64,000 nt of DNA from Myxococcota bacterium (GTDB lineage: Bacteria > Myxococcota_A > UBA796 > UBA2385): NCBI GenBank assembly GCA_044344255.1, contig JBIJDH010000006.1, positions 96,001-160,000 of the forward strand, given 5' to 3'. Shown here one piece after another: positions 44,090 through 53,500 of the stretch; the first letter of the stretch is position 1, and the number at the start of each line of letters is the position of its first letter. The notes beneath the pieces are model-generated. The model searched no databases, was not told where the DNA came from, and saw nothing but the letters and a program-made list of their open reading frames with translations. The translations under genes were made by a program, and so were the position numbers.

Positions 44090-45097
44090 TTGAGCCGTCC
44101 CGTCCACCTGCGCAGGCTGCCGCTCTCCCTCGACGTGTTCGATGACGAGGCCTTTCACCGCGGCCTGCTCGAGCGGGTCGAGCGGGACGTCGTGCTCCAG
44201 GGGCAGCCCACCCCGGCGATCCACCTGTTCCACGACGATCACGAGCGAGTGCTCGACTGGTCGCGGGTGAGCGCGGCTGACCCCGACGCCGATGTCGGCG
44301 CCACCTTCGCCGCCCTCGCCGACGGGCGCGGGGTAGAGCGCCGCGTGGTCGTGGCGATGCTCGATGACCGAAAGGGCAGCCCCGCCGCCTTCATCCTCGA
44401 GCAGCTCCGCGAGGATGGCGAGCCCCGCGGCTGGTGGCTGGCGCTCCGGCCGTTCACGTGGAACGCTGCGCGGGTGGGGCGCTTCCACGGGGCCTGGCAG
44501 GTGGGGCAAGGGCAGGAGGGGCTGCCGCCGATGTTCGCCGAGCTCGTGAGCGCCGGCGAGGGGCGCCGCGCGGCCCGGGTCTTGCCTCCGGCGCCGCTCC
44601 AGCCCGACATCCGGGTCGCCTTTGGGGAGCTGCCCGAGGGGCAGGCGCCGCCCCAGGGGGTGGAGGGCTTCGCGAGCCTCGCCGTCGCGATGGTGCTGCC
44701 GGAGGTCCAGCGTGAGGGCATCGATCACGTCAAGGTGATCCGCCTCGCCGGCGCGGCCTGGGAGGAGTGGCACCTCCACGGCGACATGCCGGCCGACTTG
44801 GACGACATGGTGCGCTACATCGCGCAGCGAGAGAGCCCCGCCGAGGCCGTCGCCGTGGCCCAAGGGGTGCTCTTCATGGAGGAGGGCGAGCCGACGAAGG
44901 CGCTGCGGCTCCAGGCCGAGCGGGGCGGGAAGCGGGTGGAGCGTATCTTCACCTTCCGCTTCCCCGAGGGGCAGGCGCAACGCCTGCCCTCCCGCGCCTA
45001 CGCCCGCGGCCTCGGCCCCGTCGAGGAGGGGGAGGGGTGGCTCGGCGTCGAGCCGATGGTCCTCTTCGAGCTCGGCCCGCTCGGCGTGGACGCCTGA
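44090..45097 (+). CDS. Hypothetical protein divergent from the toxin gene
   Basis: TTG at 44090 after GGAGA; globular composition; the upstream part of ORF 42140..45097 is antisense shadow of the toxin. Confidence 0.65.
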   Translation: MSRPVHLRRLPLSLDVFDDEAFHRGLLERVERDVVLQGQPTPAIHLFHDDHERVLDWSRVSAADPDADVGATFAALADGRGVERRVVVAMLDDRKGSPAAFILEQLREDGEPRGWWLALRPFTWNAARVGRFHGAWQVGQGQEGLPPMFAELVSAGEGRRAARVLPPAPLQPDIRVAFGELPEGQAPPQGVEGFASLAVAMVLPEVQREGIDHVKVIRLAGAAWEEWHLHGDMPADLDDMVRYIAQRESPAEAVAVAQGVLFMEEGEPTKALRLQAERGGKRVERIFTFRFPEGQAQRLPSRAYARGLGPVEEGEGWLGVEPMVLFELGPLGVDA

Positions 45098-45124
45098 AGC
45101 GGCGGCCAGCGGCGAGGCGCCGGC

Positions 45125-46225
45125 TCAGCCCCCGGAGGCCGGCGGGGCGCAGAGGGTCGCGGTCACGCTGTCCACGGGCAGCTTGTTGCCGATGAAGAGC
45201 GCCGTGCGCTGGTGGATCTCGGTGGGGTGGAGGTCGAGGATGCGACCCCGTCCGTCCGTGGCCGCCCCGCCCGCCGCCTCGGCCAGGAAGGCGAGGGGGA
45301 AGGCCTCGTAGAGCACGCGGAGCTTGCCCTCGGGGTTCTTCTTCGTGGTCGGGTAGAGGAAGATGCCGCCCTTGAGCAGGTTCCGATGGAAGTCCGCCAC
45401 CAAGGAGCCGATGTAACGGCCGTTCCAGCCCTTCGCCTTCACGGCCTCCACCCACGTCTTCAGCTCGGGCCGCCAGGAGTTCGTGTAGCCCTCGTTGGTC
45501 GAGTACATCTTGGCTTCGGGGGTGAGCCGGATGTCAGGGTGCGAGAGGAAGAACTCGCCGACGGTGGGGTCGAGCGTGAAGCCGTGGACGTGGCTGCCGG
45601 TCGAGAGCACCATCATCGTCCCCGAGCCGTAGATGACGTATCCACCGGCCACGATCTCTCGCCCGGGCCGGAGCACGTCGCCGATGTCGGCCGGCCCGCC
45701 CTCGGGGGACTTACGTCGGAAGATGGCGAAGATCGTGCCGATGGTGGCGTTGACGTCGATGTTGGAGCTCCCGTCGAGGGGGTCCATGCAGAAGACGTAG
45801 CGGCCGCGAGGGAAGCGCTCGGGGATGAAGTAGGGCTCCTCGTCCTCTTCGCTGGCGATCGCGCAGACACAGCCCGCGTGCTCGAGCGCGCGCTTGAAGG
45901 CGTTGTTCGCGTACAGATCGAGCTTCTGAACATACTCGCCCTGGACGTTGACGTCGCCCGTGGCGCCGAACATGCCGGCCAGCCCCGCGCGGTTCACGCG
46001 GGCGCTCACGAGGCGGGAGGCCAGCGAGACCTGGCGCAGCAGCGTGGCGAACTGGCCGGTGGCCTCGGGGTGGGCCTTCGTGGTCTCGAAGATGAAACGA
46101 TCGAGGGAGATGCCCTCCTCGAACTGTCGCTCATCCATGCCTTCGAGGAGATCTCGGCCGGCGGTCGGCGCGGTCGGCGCGGTCGGTGCCGGGGGCGTGG
46201 GGGGCGTGGAGGGCGTTTGGGTCAT
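45125..46225 (-). CDS. fbp: Fructose-1,6-bisphosphatase class I
   Basis: NVQGEYVQKLD, ASEEDE, DPLDGSSNIDVN..IGTIF, RYIGSLVADFHR, GKLRVLYE. Confidence 0.95.
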   Translation of the reverse strand: MTQTPSTPPTPPAPTAPTAPTAGRDLLEGMDERQFEEGISLDRFIFETTKAHPEATGQFATLLRQVSLASRLVSARVNRAGLAGMFGATGDVNVQGEYVQKLDLYANNAFKRALEHAGCVCAIASEEDEEPYFIPERFPRGRYVFCMDPLDGSSNIDVNATIGTIFAIFRRKSPEGGPADIGDVLRPGREIVAGGYVIYGSGTMMVLSTGSHVHGFTLDPTVGEFFLSHPDIRLTPEAKMYSTNEGYTNSWRPELKTWVEAVKAKGWNGRYIGSLVADFHRNLLKGGIFLYPTTKKNPEGKLRVLYEAFPLAFLAEAAGGAATDGRGRILDLHPTEIHQRTALFIGNKLPVDSVTATLCAPPASGG

Positions 46226-46236
46226 GGGGGCTCCGT

Positions 46237-46659
46237 TCAGGCGCTCTTGCAGTACGGTTCGAGTCGGGCGCGGAAGGTGTCGGTCCAAGGGGTGGCGGCG
46301 CGGCTGACGGGATCGACCCGGACGAGGGTGCGGGTGCCCTGCGCGTAGGGCACGTCTTCGTCGAGGGGGAGCACCGTGAAGCCGAAGACGAGGCTCGACC
46401 GGCCGAGCCGCTCGACCCAGATGCGGCAGCGCACCCGACCGACGCCGCGCACCGCCCGGTCGTAGGAGATCTGGTTGGCCCGGACAAGGTGGTATTGGTC
46501 GGGGTTGTTGACGGCGTCCAGGATGGTGCCCCAGCCGAGGTGGCTCCAAAGCTCGCCGATGGTGCGCTCAATGATCAGCAGGTACCGCGCGTTGTGCAGC
46601 ATCTGGAAGGCGTCGAGGTCGTCGAAGTAGACGCCGTGGACCGTCTCGTGAAAGCGCAT
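46237..46659 (-). CDS. Acyl-CoA thioesterase (4HBT/YbgC hot-dog fold)
   Basis: VYFDDLDAFQMLHNARYL...ER motif; VERLGRSS; PW near the C-terminus. Confidence 0.85.
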   Translation of the reverse strand: MRFHETVHGVYFDDLDAFQMLHNARYLLIIERTIGELWSHLGWGTILDAVNNPDQYHLVRANQISYDRAVRGVGRVRCRIWVERLGRSSLVFGFTVLPLDEDVPYAQGTRTLVRVDPVSRAATPWTDTFRARLEPYCKSA

Positions 46660-46777
46660 CGTGTCCTTTGGAGTCCGCCTCGGCGCGCCTCGCAGGAGGG
46701 TCGCGGCGACCGGGCGGTGGCCTATCGCGAGCGCGGCCCTCCCAACAGGCTATGTCCGGACGCCCTTGGAGGATCCG

Positions 46778-49108
46778 ATGAGTGAGCTGCACCGTGACCC
46801 GAGTCATGCCGATGCACACGCAGGAGCCGCGCGCGAGGAGAGCCCCCTCCCGGCGATCCGCGCGCTCTACGCCCGGATGGCCGAGCGCCACGCCATCGGC
46901 CGCCGCCGCCTTGGGCGCGCGCTGACCCTCTCCGAGAAGGTGCTCTTCGCCCACCTCATCGACCCCGAGGGCCAGCCCTTCGAGCGCCGTCGGAGCTTCC
47001 TCGCGCTCCGCCCCGACCGGGTGGCGATGCAGGACGCCACCGCCCAGATGGCCCTCCTCCAGTTCATGACCGCAGAGCAGGACGAGGTCGCCCTGCCCAC
47101 CACCGTCCACTGTGACCACCTGATCCAGGCTTACGTCGGCGCAGGCCCGGACATGGCGGTCGCCCTGCGCGACAACCGCGAGGTCTTCGACTTCCTCGCC
47201 TCGGTGTGCGCGCGCTACGGCGTCGGCTTCTGGAAGCCGGGGGCGGGCATCATCCACCAGGTGGTGCTCGAGAGCTACGCCTTCCCGGGCGGCCTCCTCA
47301 TCGGGACCGACTCCCACACCGTCAACGCGGGCGGCCTCGGCATGGTGAGCGTGGGCGTGGGCGGCGCCGACGCGGTGGACGCGATGGTGGGCCTGCCCTG
47401 GGAGGTGCTCTGCCCGGGCGTGATCGGGGTGCGGCTCGTGGGCAGCCTGTCGGGCTGGGCCTCTCCGAAGGACGTCATCCTGCGCGTCTGCGAGCTGCTC
47501 ACCGTCAAGGGCGGCACGAACAGCATCGTCGAGTACTTCGGCCCCGGCGTGGAGAGCATCTCGGCCACCGGGAAGGCGACGATCTGCAACATGGGGGCCG
47601 AGCACGGCGCCACCACCTCGATCTTCCCCTTCGACCACCGCATGGCCGCCTACCTCCGCGCCACCGGCCGCTCGGAGGAGGCGGCCCTGGCGGAGGCGCA
47701 CGCCGGCGCCCTCGAGGCCGATCCCGACGTCTACACCGATCCAGAGCGCTACTTCGACCGGGTCCTCGAGATCGACCTCAGCGCGCTCTCGCCCCGGGTG
47801 GTCGGCCCGCACAGCCCTGATCGCGGCCGCCCCCTCTCCGAGCTCAAGGCCGAGGCCGACCGCGAGGGCTGGTCGCGGCGCTTGACGAGCGCCCTCATCG
47901 GCTCCTGCACCAACTCTTCCTACGAAGACATCGAGCGGGCCGCGCATGTCGCCCGCCAGGCCGCGGCGCGGGGGCTCGTCGCGAAGGTCCCCTTCTTCGT
48001 GAGCCCGGGCTCCGAGCAGATCATGGCGACGCTCGAGCGGGATGGTCAGGCCGAGGACCTCCGGAAGATCGGCGCCATCGTGCTCGCCAACGCCTGCGGC
48101 CCGTGTATCGGCCAGTGGCGTCGGGACGACTGGAAGAAGGGGCAGGCCAACACCATCATCAACTCCTTCAATCGCAACTTTCGTGGACGGAATGACGAGA
48201 ACCCGGAGACGCTGTCCTTCATCGCCAGCCCCGAGGTGGTGGTGGCGGCGGCGCTCTCGGGCCACCTCGGCTTCGACCCCGAGACGGAGCTGCTCAAAGG
48301 CGCAGACGGCGTGCCCTTTCGCCTCGAGGCGCCCACGGGCGACGAGCTCCCGCGGCGCGGCTTCGCCGAGGCCCAAGACGGCTATGTCCCCCCCTTGCCC
48401 CTGGCCGACCGGCGGGCGGTGGCCGTGCTGGTGGCCCCCGGCTCGCGGCGCCTCGAGCGCCTCCAGCCCTTCGCGGCCTGGTGGGGGGGAGACCTCCCAG
48501 GGAACCGGGTGCTGGTCAAGGCCGTCGGCAAGTGTACGACCGATCACATCTCGGCGGCGGGGTCCTGGCTCCAGTACCGCGGCCACCTCACGAACATCTC
48601 GGGCAACCTCATGCTCGGGGCGGTCAACGAGCTCACCGGTGAGGCCGGCCTCGGCATCGACGGCCTCACGGGCGAGCCCGCATCGCACCCCGACATCGCG
48701 CGTCACTACAAGGCCGCGGGTCAGCCCTGGGTCATCATCGGCGACGAGAACTACGGGGAGGGCAGCTCGCGGGAGCACGCGGCGATGGAGCCGCGGCACA
48801 TGGGCGGCGTGGCGGTGATCGTCCGCTCCTTCGCCCGCATCCACGAGACCAACCTGAAGAAGCAGGGGATGCTCCCGCTCACCTTCCGCGATCCGGCCGA
48901 CTACACGAAGGTCCGCGGGGATGACATCATCGACATCGTGGACGTGGCCGCGATCGCCGAGGGTGGCTCCCCGTCGTTGGTGTTGCGGCACGCCGACGGG
49001 ACGGTTGAACAAATCGAGACCCACAACACCTGCTCGCCCGAGCAGTTCGCCTGGTTCGTGGCGGGGAGCGCGATCAACGCCATCCGCGCGGACCGCGCCG
49101 GGGCCTGA
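46778..49108 (+). CDS. acnA: Aconitate hydratase (mitochondrial-like AcnA type)
   Basis: LRPDRVAMQDATAQMALLQF, VHCDHLI, GTDSHT, IGSCTNSSYED, NACGPCIGQW, SFNRNF, KCTTDHIS, NYGEGSSREHAA; GGAGG SD. Confidence 0.93.
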   Translation: MSELHRDPSHADAHAGAAREESPLPAIRALYARMAERHAIGRRRLGRALTLSEKVLFAHLIDPEGQPFERRRSFLALRPDRVAMQDATAQMALLQFMTAEQDEVALPTTVHCDHLIQAYVGAGPDMAVALRDNREVFDFLASVCARYGVGFWKPGAGIIHQVVLESYAFPGGLLIGTDSHTVNAGGLGMVSVGVGGADAVDAMVGLPWEVLCPGVIGVRLVGSLSGWASPKDVILRVCELLTVKGGTNSIVEYFGPGVESISATGKATICNMGAEHGATTSIFPFDHRMAAYLRATGRSEEAALAEAHAGALEADPDVYTDPERYFDRVLEIDLSALSPRVVGPHSPDRGRPLSELKAEADREGWSRRLTSALIGSCTNSSYEDIERAAHVARQAAARGLVAKVPFFVSPGSEQIMATLERDGQAEDLRKIGAIVLANACGPCIGQWRRDDWKKGQANTIINSFNRNFRGRNDENPETLSFIASPEVVVAAALSGHLGFDPETELLKGADGVPFRLEAPTGDELPRRGFAEAQDGYVPPLPLADRRAVAVLVAPGSRRLERLQPFAAWWGGDLPGNRVLVKAVGKCTTDHISAAGSWLQYRGHLTNISGNLMLGAVNELTGEAGLGIDGLTGEPASHPDIARHYKAAGQPWVIIGDENYGEGSSREHAAMEPRHMGGVAVIVRSFARIHETNLKKQGMLPLTFRDPADYTKVRGDDIIDIVDVAAIAEGGSPSLVLRHADGTVEQIETHNTCSPEQFAWFVAGSAINAIRADRAGA

Positions 49109-49136
49109 GCGCCGGGGCCTGAGCGCCGGGGCCTGA
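49095..49136. repeat. Perfect 14-bp tandem repeat x3 containing the aconitase stop codon
   Basis: GCGCCGGGGCCTGA three times. Confidence 0.95.
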
Positions 49137-49182
49137 GGCGACGGGGCGTGCTAGCCGGCCCGCCCCTCTGCCGGAGCGCCCC

Positions 49183-49797
49183 ATGGCCCTTGACCGCTCG
49201 ACCTCTGCCCTCTCTGCCCTCCTCCCTGCGCTCACGCTGCGCGCCGGAGGCCGCTGCGAGCTCTGCGCTCGGGAGGGCGAGCTCAGCCCGCGGTCGGTGC
49301 CCCCCGCCGAGCCCCCCTCCGCCGATCGGGCGATCCTGCTCTGCGCCGACTGTGACGCCGGGATCGACGCCCCCGAGGGCCGGCCTGCAGCCCGCTGGAG
49401 CTCGCTCTCCGAGGCGATCTGGAGCGAGGTGCCGGCGGTGAAGGTGCAGGCCTGGCGCCTGCTCTCTGCGCTCTCGGGGGAGGCCTGGGCGGCGGCGGCC
49501 CTCGAGGCGGCCTACCTCGACGAAGACACCCTGGCCTGGGCCGAGGCGGGCGCGCGGGAGGCCCCCGAGGCTGCGGAGGCCGAGGCCACCGCGCGGGACA
49601 GCAACGGCGCTGTGCTCCGCGAGGGGGACTCGGTCACCCTCATTAAGGATCTGCCGGTGAAGGGCGGGGGCTTCACGGCCAAGCGGGGCACCCTGGTCAA
49701 GGGCATCCACCTCATCGGAGATCCCGACCACGTCGAGGGATCGGTGAACAAGATCCAGATCGTGCTCAAGACCGCCTTCCTCAAGCGGGTGAGCTGA
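49183..49797 (+). CDS. PhnA-domain (YjdM-like) protein with N-terminal Zn ribbon
   Basis: CELC...LCADC; RDSNGAVLREGDSVTLIKDLPVKGGGFTAKRGT...LKTAFLKR. Confidence 0.85.
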   Translation: MALDRSTSALSALLPALTLRAGGRCELCAREGELSPRSVPPAEPPSADRAILLCADCDAGIDAPEGRPAARWSSLSEAIWSEVPAVKVQAWRLLSALSGEAWAAAALEAAYLDEDTLAWAEAGAREAPEAAEAEATARDSNGAVLREGDSVTLIKDLPVKGGGFTAKRGTLVKGIHLIGDPDHVEGSVNKIQIVLKTAFLKRVS

Positions 49798-49802
49798 CCG
49801 CC

Positions 49803-49856
49803 TGGACGGTGGTGGACGGCTGGGCTACAATGTCCACGCTTGTCCACATGGGTCCG
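49803..49856 (+). promoter_or_regulatory. Sigma70-like promoter overlaid with 10-bp-phased TGGAC/GTCCA repeats
   Basis: TGGACG (49803) - 17 bp - TACAAT (49826); TGGAC at 49803 and 49813; GTCCA at 49832 and 49842; GTCCG at 49852. Confidence 0.7.
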
Positions 49857-49905
49857 AGGATGACCTTCGGTCGGCCGCTCGGCGGGGGCATCGGGGAGCG
49901 CGACG

Positions 49906-50613
49906 GTGCGGCTGAACGTTCGAGAGGCGGCCGAGCTCCTGCAGGTCTCGACCAAGACGATCTACCGCTGGGTGGGGGACAGCAAGCTCCCCGGCTACCG
50001 CGTGCAGCGCACCTTCCGCTTCGACCACGCCGAGCTCGTCGAGTGGGCGACGGCGAACCGCATCGAGGTGTCGCCCCGCTTCGCCGCGGACGCCCCCGTC
50101 GCCGAGCCCATCCCCGAGCTCGACCGCGCCCTCGAGGCCGGGGGCATCGCCTACCGGGTGGGCGGGGCCTGCCGCGACAGCGCGCTCCGGGCCGCGCTCG
50201 ACACCTTGCGCCTCGGTGAGGATGGTGACCGTGACGCGATCTTCGCCGCCCTGCGCGCCCGGGAGGAGCTCGCGTCCACGAGCATCGGCGATGGCCTCGC
50301 CCTCGCCCACCTGCGCAACCCGCTGCGCCTCCAGCTCAACCGGCCCACGGTGAGCCTCTGCTTCCTCGAGCGGCCGGTAGACTGGTCGGCGCTCGATCGT
50401 CAGCCGGTTCGGGCATTGTTCATCATCTTGGCGTCCACGGTCCGCTCGGTCTTGCAGCTCCACGCGCGAACCTACTTCGCCTTGCGAGACCCAGCCTTCC
50501 GAGAGCTGATCCTGCGGGAGGGCTCCCGCGAGTCGATCCAGGCCGAGGCGCGCCGGGTGGCCGCGTCCTTCCCGCCGCCGCCCGCTCCCCTCGCGGTCTC
50601 ATGCTCGGGCTGA
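49906..50613 (+). CDS. Excisionase/BldC-type HTH fused to a PTS EIIA (Ntr/Fru-like) domain
   Basis: LNVREAAELLQVSTKTIYRW...LPGYRV..TFRFD..EL.EW; then AREELASTSIGDGLALAH (phospho-His position) and VDWSALD.QPV. Confidence 0.88.
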   Translation: MRLNVREAAELLQVSTKTIYRWVGDSKLPGYRVQRTFRFDHAELVEWATANRIEVSPRFAADAPVAEPIPELDRALEAGGIAYRVGGACRDSALRAALDTLRLGEDGDRDAIFAALRAREELASTSIGDGLALAHLRNPLRLQLNRPTVSLCFLERPVDWSALDRQPVRALFIILASTVRSVLQLHARTYFALRDPAFRELILREGSRESIQAEARRVAASFPPPPAPLAVSCSG

Positions 50614-52577
50614 CGGTCGCCGGCGCGGTCCTCCTCGTGGGGGCGCTCTGCGCGTTGGCCCTGCCGAACAACCGCGCCCGGGCGGCGGCCGCCTTGTCCA
50701 CCCAAGGGCTCGCGCTGGTGATCACGCTGGGCTCGGTGTTCCCTGTGTTGGCGGGGGGGCCGGCGCTCGCCGAGTCCTGGTCCCTGTCGTACCCCCTCGA
50801 CGTCGTCAGCGGCGAGGTCGACGCGCTCAGCGCCTTCTTCATCGCCTGGTCGCTGCCGATGACCCTGCTGGGGACGCTCTACGCGGTCGGCTACCTCCAG
50901 CGCTCCCTCGAGGAGGGGCGAAATGGCGGGCCGCACTTCGCCTTGCTCAACATCATCGCGCTGTCCTTCTTGATCATCTACGGATCCCGTCACGCGATCA
51001 TCTTTCTGCTCGGCTGGGAGCTCGCGGCGGTCTCGGCCTGGCTGCTCGTGATCTGGGACTACAAGAACCAGAAGGTCCGCTTCTCCGCCTTCAACTACCT
51101 CGTCTCCACGCATGTCGGGCTGCTGGTGCTGGTCGCCGCCTTCATGTACCTGCACGGACAGACGGGCTCGATGGACTTCGCCGCCTTCGGGCGCACCCTC
51201 GGGGTGTCGAGCGGAGGGCGCAGCTTCGTCTTCCTCTTGTTGGGCGCGTCCTTCGCGCTGAAGTCCGCCTTCTTTCCTGTTCATTCCTGGCTCCCGCGGG
51301 CCCACTCCGCCGCGCCGGCCCATGTCTCCGCCCTGATGTCGGGCGTGATCCACAAGGCGGGGCTCTTCGCCTTCCTCCGCTTCACCCTGCTGATCGGGGA
51401 GCCTGAGGAGTGGATGGGCTGGCTGGTGCTGCTCTTCGGCGCGCTCTCCGCGCTGTTCGGGGTGGTGTATGCGGCCTCCCAGCGCGACCTCAAGCGGCTG
51501 CTCGGCTACTCCTCCACCGAGAACGTGGGCATCGCCGCGATGGGCTTTGGTGTGGCCTACCTCGGCCTGTGCTGGGATCAGCCGGCCCTCGTCGCGCTGG
51601 GCATCACCGGTGGGCTGCTGCACATCCTCAACCACGCCCTGTTTAAGTGCCTGCTCTTCTACGCGGCGGGCGCCGTCTATCGCTCCACCCACACGGTCGA
51701 TCTCGAGCGCCTGGGCGGCCTCCTCCGCCGGATGCCGCGCACCGGCTGGCTCTTCCTCGTGGGCGCCTTGGCCATCGCCGGGATCCCGCCGATGAACGGC
51801 TTCATGAGTGAGCTGCTCGTCTATGCCGGTCTGCTCGGGCAGACCGCCCCCGGCTCGGTCGAGAACGCGGCCCTCGTCTCGGCCGCGGCCCTGCTCGGCT
51901 TCGTGGGCTCGGTGAGCGCGCTGGCGATGGTCCGGGCCTTCGGGGTCGCCTTCCTCGGCAGCCCGCGGGACAGCGCGGTCACCGATCACGGCGATCCTCC
52001 GGCCACGATGCTGCTGCCGATGGGGCTGCACGCCGCCGGCGTCGTGCTGCTCGGTCTCGCGCCGTCGGTGGGCGTCGCCTTCATCCGGCCGGTGGTGGTG
52101 CTCTTCCACTCCGGCGCCGCGGGGATGGCCGCTGTCGACGACGTGCTCTCGCCGCTGCAGTGGGCCTGTCGCGGCCTCGTCGTGGGCATCGTGGTCCTCG
52201 GCCTCGTCGGCTGGCGACTCGGCCGCGGGGCCCGCCGCCACGTCACCTGGGGCTGCGGCTACACGGCGGCGAACCCGCGGATGCAGTACACGGGCAGCTC
52301 CTTCAGCCAGCCCTTCGTCGAGATCTTCGAGTCTCTCTCGCCGCAGCGCTGGCGGGTGAAGCTGTCTGGCAAGATCTTTCCGCCCGCGAGCGGCCACCTC
52401 GAGGTGCATGTCGCCGACGCGGTCGAGGGCCGCATCTTCGAGGTGCTCGGTCGCGGCGAGCAGCTCTTCGTGCGAGCGGCCGCCGCCATCCCCGAGCAGC
52501 CTCGGTACGCCTTCGGCGCGGGGCTCGTCGTCCTCGTGGTGCTGGTGGGCCTCCTCGTCGCGGGGGGTGTGCCCTGA
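50601..52577 (+). CDS. hyfB: Ehr/hydrogenase-4 antiporter-like membrane subunit (HyfB-like)
   Basis: FLLGWEL, LKSAFFPVHSWLPRAHSAAPAHVSALMSG, LKRLLGYSSTEN, HILNHALFK, TWGCGY...RMQYT. Confidence 0.88.
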   Translation: MLGLTVAGAVLLVGALCALALPNNRARAAAALSTQGLALVITLGSVFPVLAGGPALAESWSLSYPLDVVSGEVDALSAFFIAWSLPMTLLGTLYAVGYLQRSLEEGRNGGPHFALLNIIALSFLIIYGSRHAIIFLLGWELAAVSAWLLVIWDYKNQKVRFSAFNYLVSTHVGLLVLVAAFMYLHGQTGSMDFAAFGRTLGVSSGGRSFVFLLLGASFALKSAFFPVHSWLPRAHSAAPAHVSALMSGVIHKAGLFAFLRFTLLIGEPEEWMGWLVLLFGALSALFGVVYAASQRDLKRLLGYSSTENVGIAAMGFGVAYLGLCWDQPALVALGITGGLLHILNHALFKCLLFYAAGAVYRSTHTVDLERLGGLLRRMPRTGWLFLVGALAIAGIPPMNGFMSELLVYAGLLGQTAPGSVENAALVSAAALLGFVGSVSALAMVRAFGVAFLGSPRDSAVTDHGDPPATMLLPMGLHAAGVVLLGLAPSVGVAFIRPVVVLFHSGAAGMAAVDDVLSPLQWACRGLVVGIVVLGLVGWRLGRGARRHVTWGCGYTAANPRMQYTGSSFSQPFVEIFESLSPQRWRVKLSGKIFPPASGHLEVHVADAVEGRIFEVLGRGEQLFVRAAAAIPEQPRYAFGAGLVVLVVLVGLLVAGGVP

Positions 52578-53500
52578 GCCTCCCCGTCCTGGCGCTCAAC
52601 CTCGTGGGGCTGGCCCTGCTCCCCTGGCTGATGGTGGGCCTCATCAACCGCACCAAGGCGCGCTGGGCCGGGCGCCTCGGGCCGCCGCTGCTCCAGTCTG
52701 TCTACGATGTGCTCCGACTCTGTCGAAAGCGGCCCGTGTACAGTGAGACCACCACCGCGATCTTCCGGCTCACGCCCTACGTGGGCCTCGCCGCGACCCT
52801 CGCGGCGGCGCTGGTGGTGCCGATCGTCGGATTCCCGCCTCTCTGGTCCTTCTCCTACGACTTCATCTGGCTCGCCTACCTGTGGGGCCTCGGGCGGGCG
52901 GCGCTGATGCTCGGCGCCCTCGACACCGGCAGCTCCTTTGAGGGGATGGGGGCGAGCCGCGAGGCGACCTTCGCCACCCTCGTCGAGCCGGCGCTGCTGC
53001 TCGTCATGGGGGCCCTCGGAGCCACCACCGGCGCGACGAGCCTGATGGGCGCGGTCTCGCAGGGTGCCCACAGCATCGAGGCGCTCGTGGCCTGGGGGGC
53101 GAGCCTGTTCGCGCTGCTCGTCGTGGTGCAGGCCGAGGGTGCGCGGATGCCGGTGGACGATCCGACCACCCACCTCGAGCTCACGATGATCCATGAGGTG
53201 ATGGTGCTCGATCACAGTGGCCCCGAGCTCGCGGCGATCCAGATCACCGCTGCCCTCAAGCTGACGCTCGGCGCCTCGCTGATCGCCGCCCTGCTCAACC
53301 CGTGGACCGGCTCCGGGCCTGCGGCGACCGGCCTCGTGGTCCACCTCCTGCTCATGGTGATGATCGCCGTCGTGATCGGCACCATCGAGTCGCTGTGGGC
53401 GCGCTTCCAGCTCCCCGTGCTGCATCGGTATCTGTTCATGGCCGTGGTGGGCGGAGCGGTGGCCCTGCTGGCCACCACCTGGCAGGGGGGAGGGCTGTGA
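52574..53500 (+). CDS. hyfC: Ehr/hydrogenase-4 NuoH-like subunit (HyfC-like)
   Basis: KARWAGRLGPPLLQ.VYD, LDTGSSFEGMGASRE, RMPVDDPTTHLELTMIHEVMVLDHSGP; probable CTG start overlapping the hyfB stop. Confidence 0.85.
   Translation: MSLPVLALNLVGLALLPWLMVGLINRTKARWAGRLGPPLLQSVYDVLRLCRKRPVYSETTTAIFRLTPYVGLAATLAAALVVPIVGFPPLWSFSYDFIWLAYLWGLGRAALMLGALDTGSSFEGMGASREATFATLVEPALLLVMGALGATTGATSLMGAVSQGAHSIEALVAWGASLFALLVVVQAEGARMPVDDPTTHLELTMIHEVMVLDHSGPELAAIQITAALKLTLGASLIAALLNPWTGSGPAATGLVVHLLLMVMIAVVIGTIESLWARFQLPVLHRYLFMAVVGGAVALLATTWQGGGL

Noticed and set aside
43997..44980. First 328 codons of the 2704-aa ORF as part of the toxin
   Set aside because: Antisense to the 44090-45097 gene; a good SD plus ATG at 43996 marks the more plausible start.
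49906..50070. Excisionase as evidence of a prophage or ICE
   Set aside because: The HTH is fused to a PTS EIIA domain and heads a metabolic operon; no integrase or phage genes.
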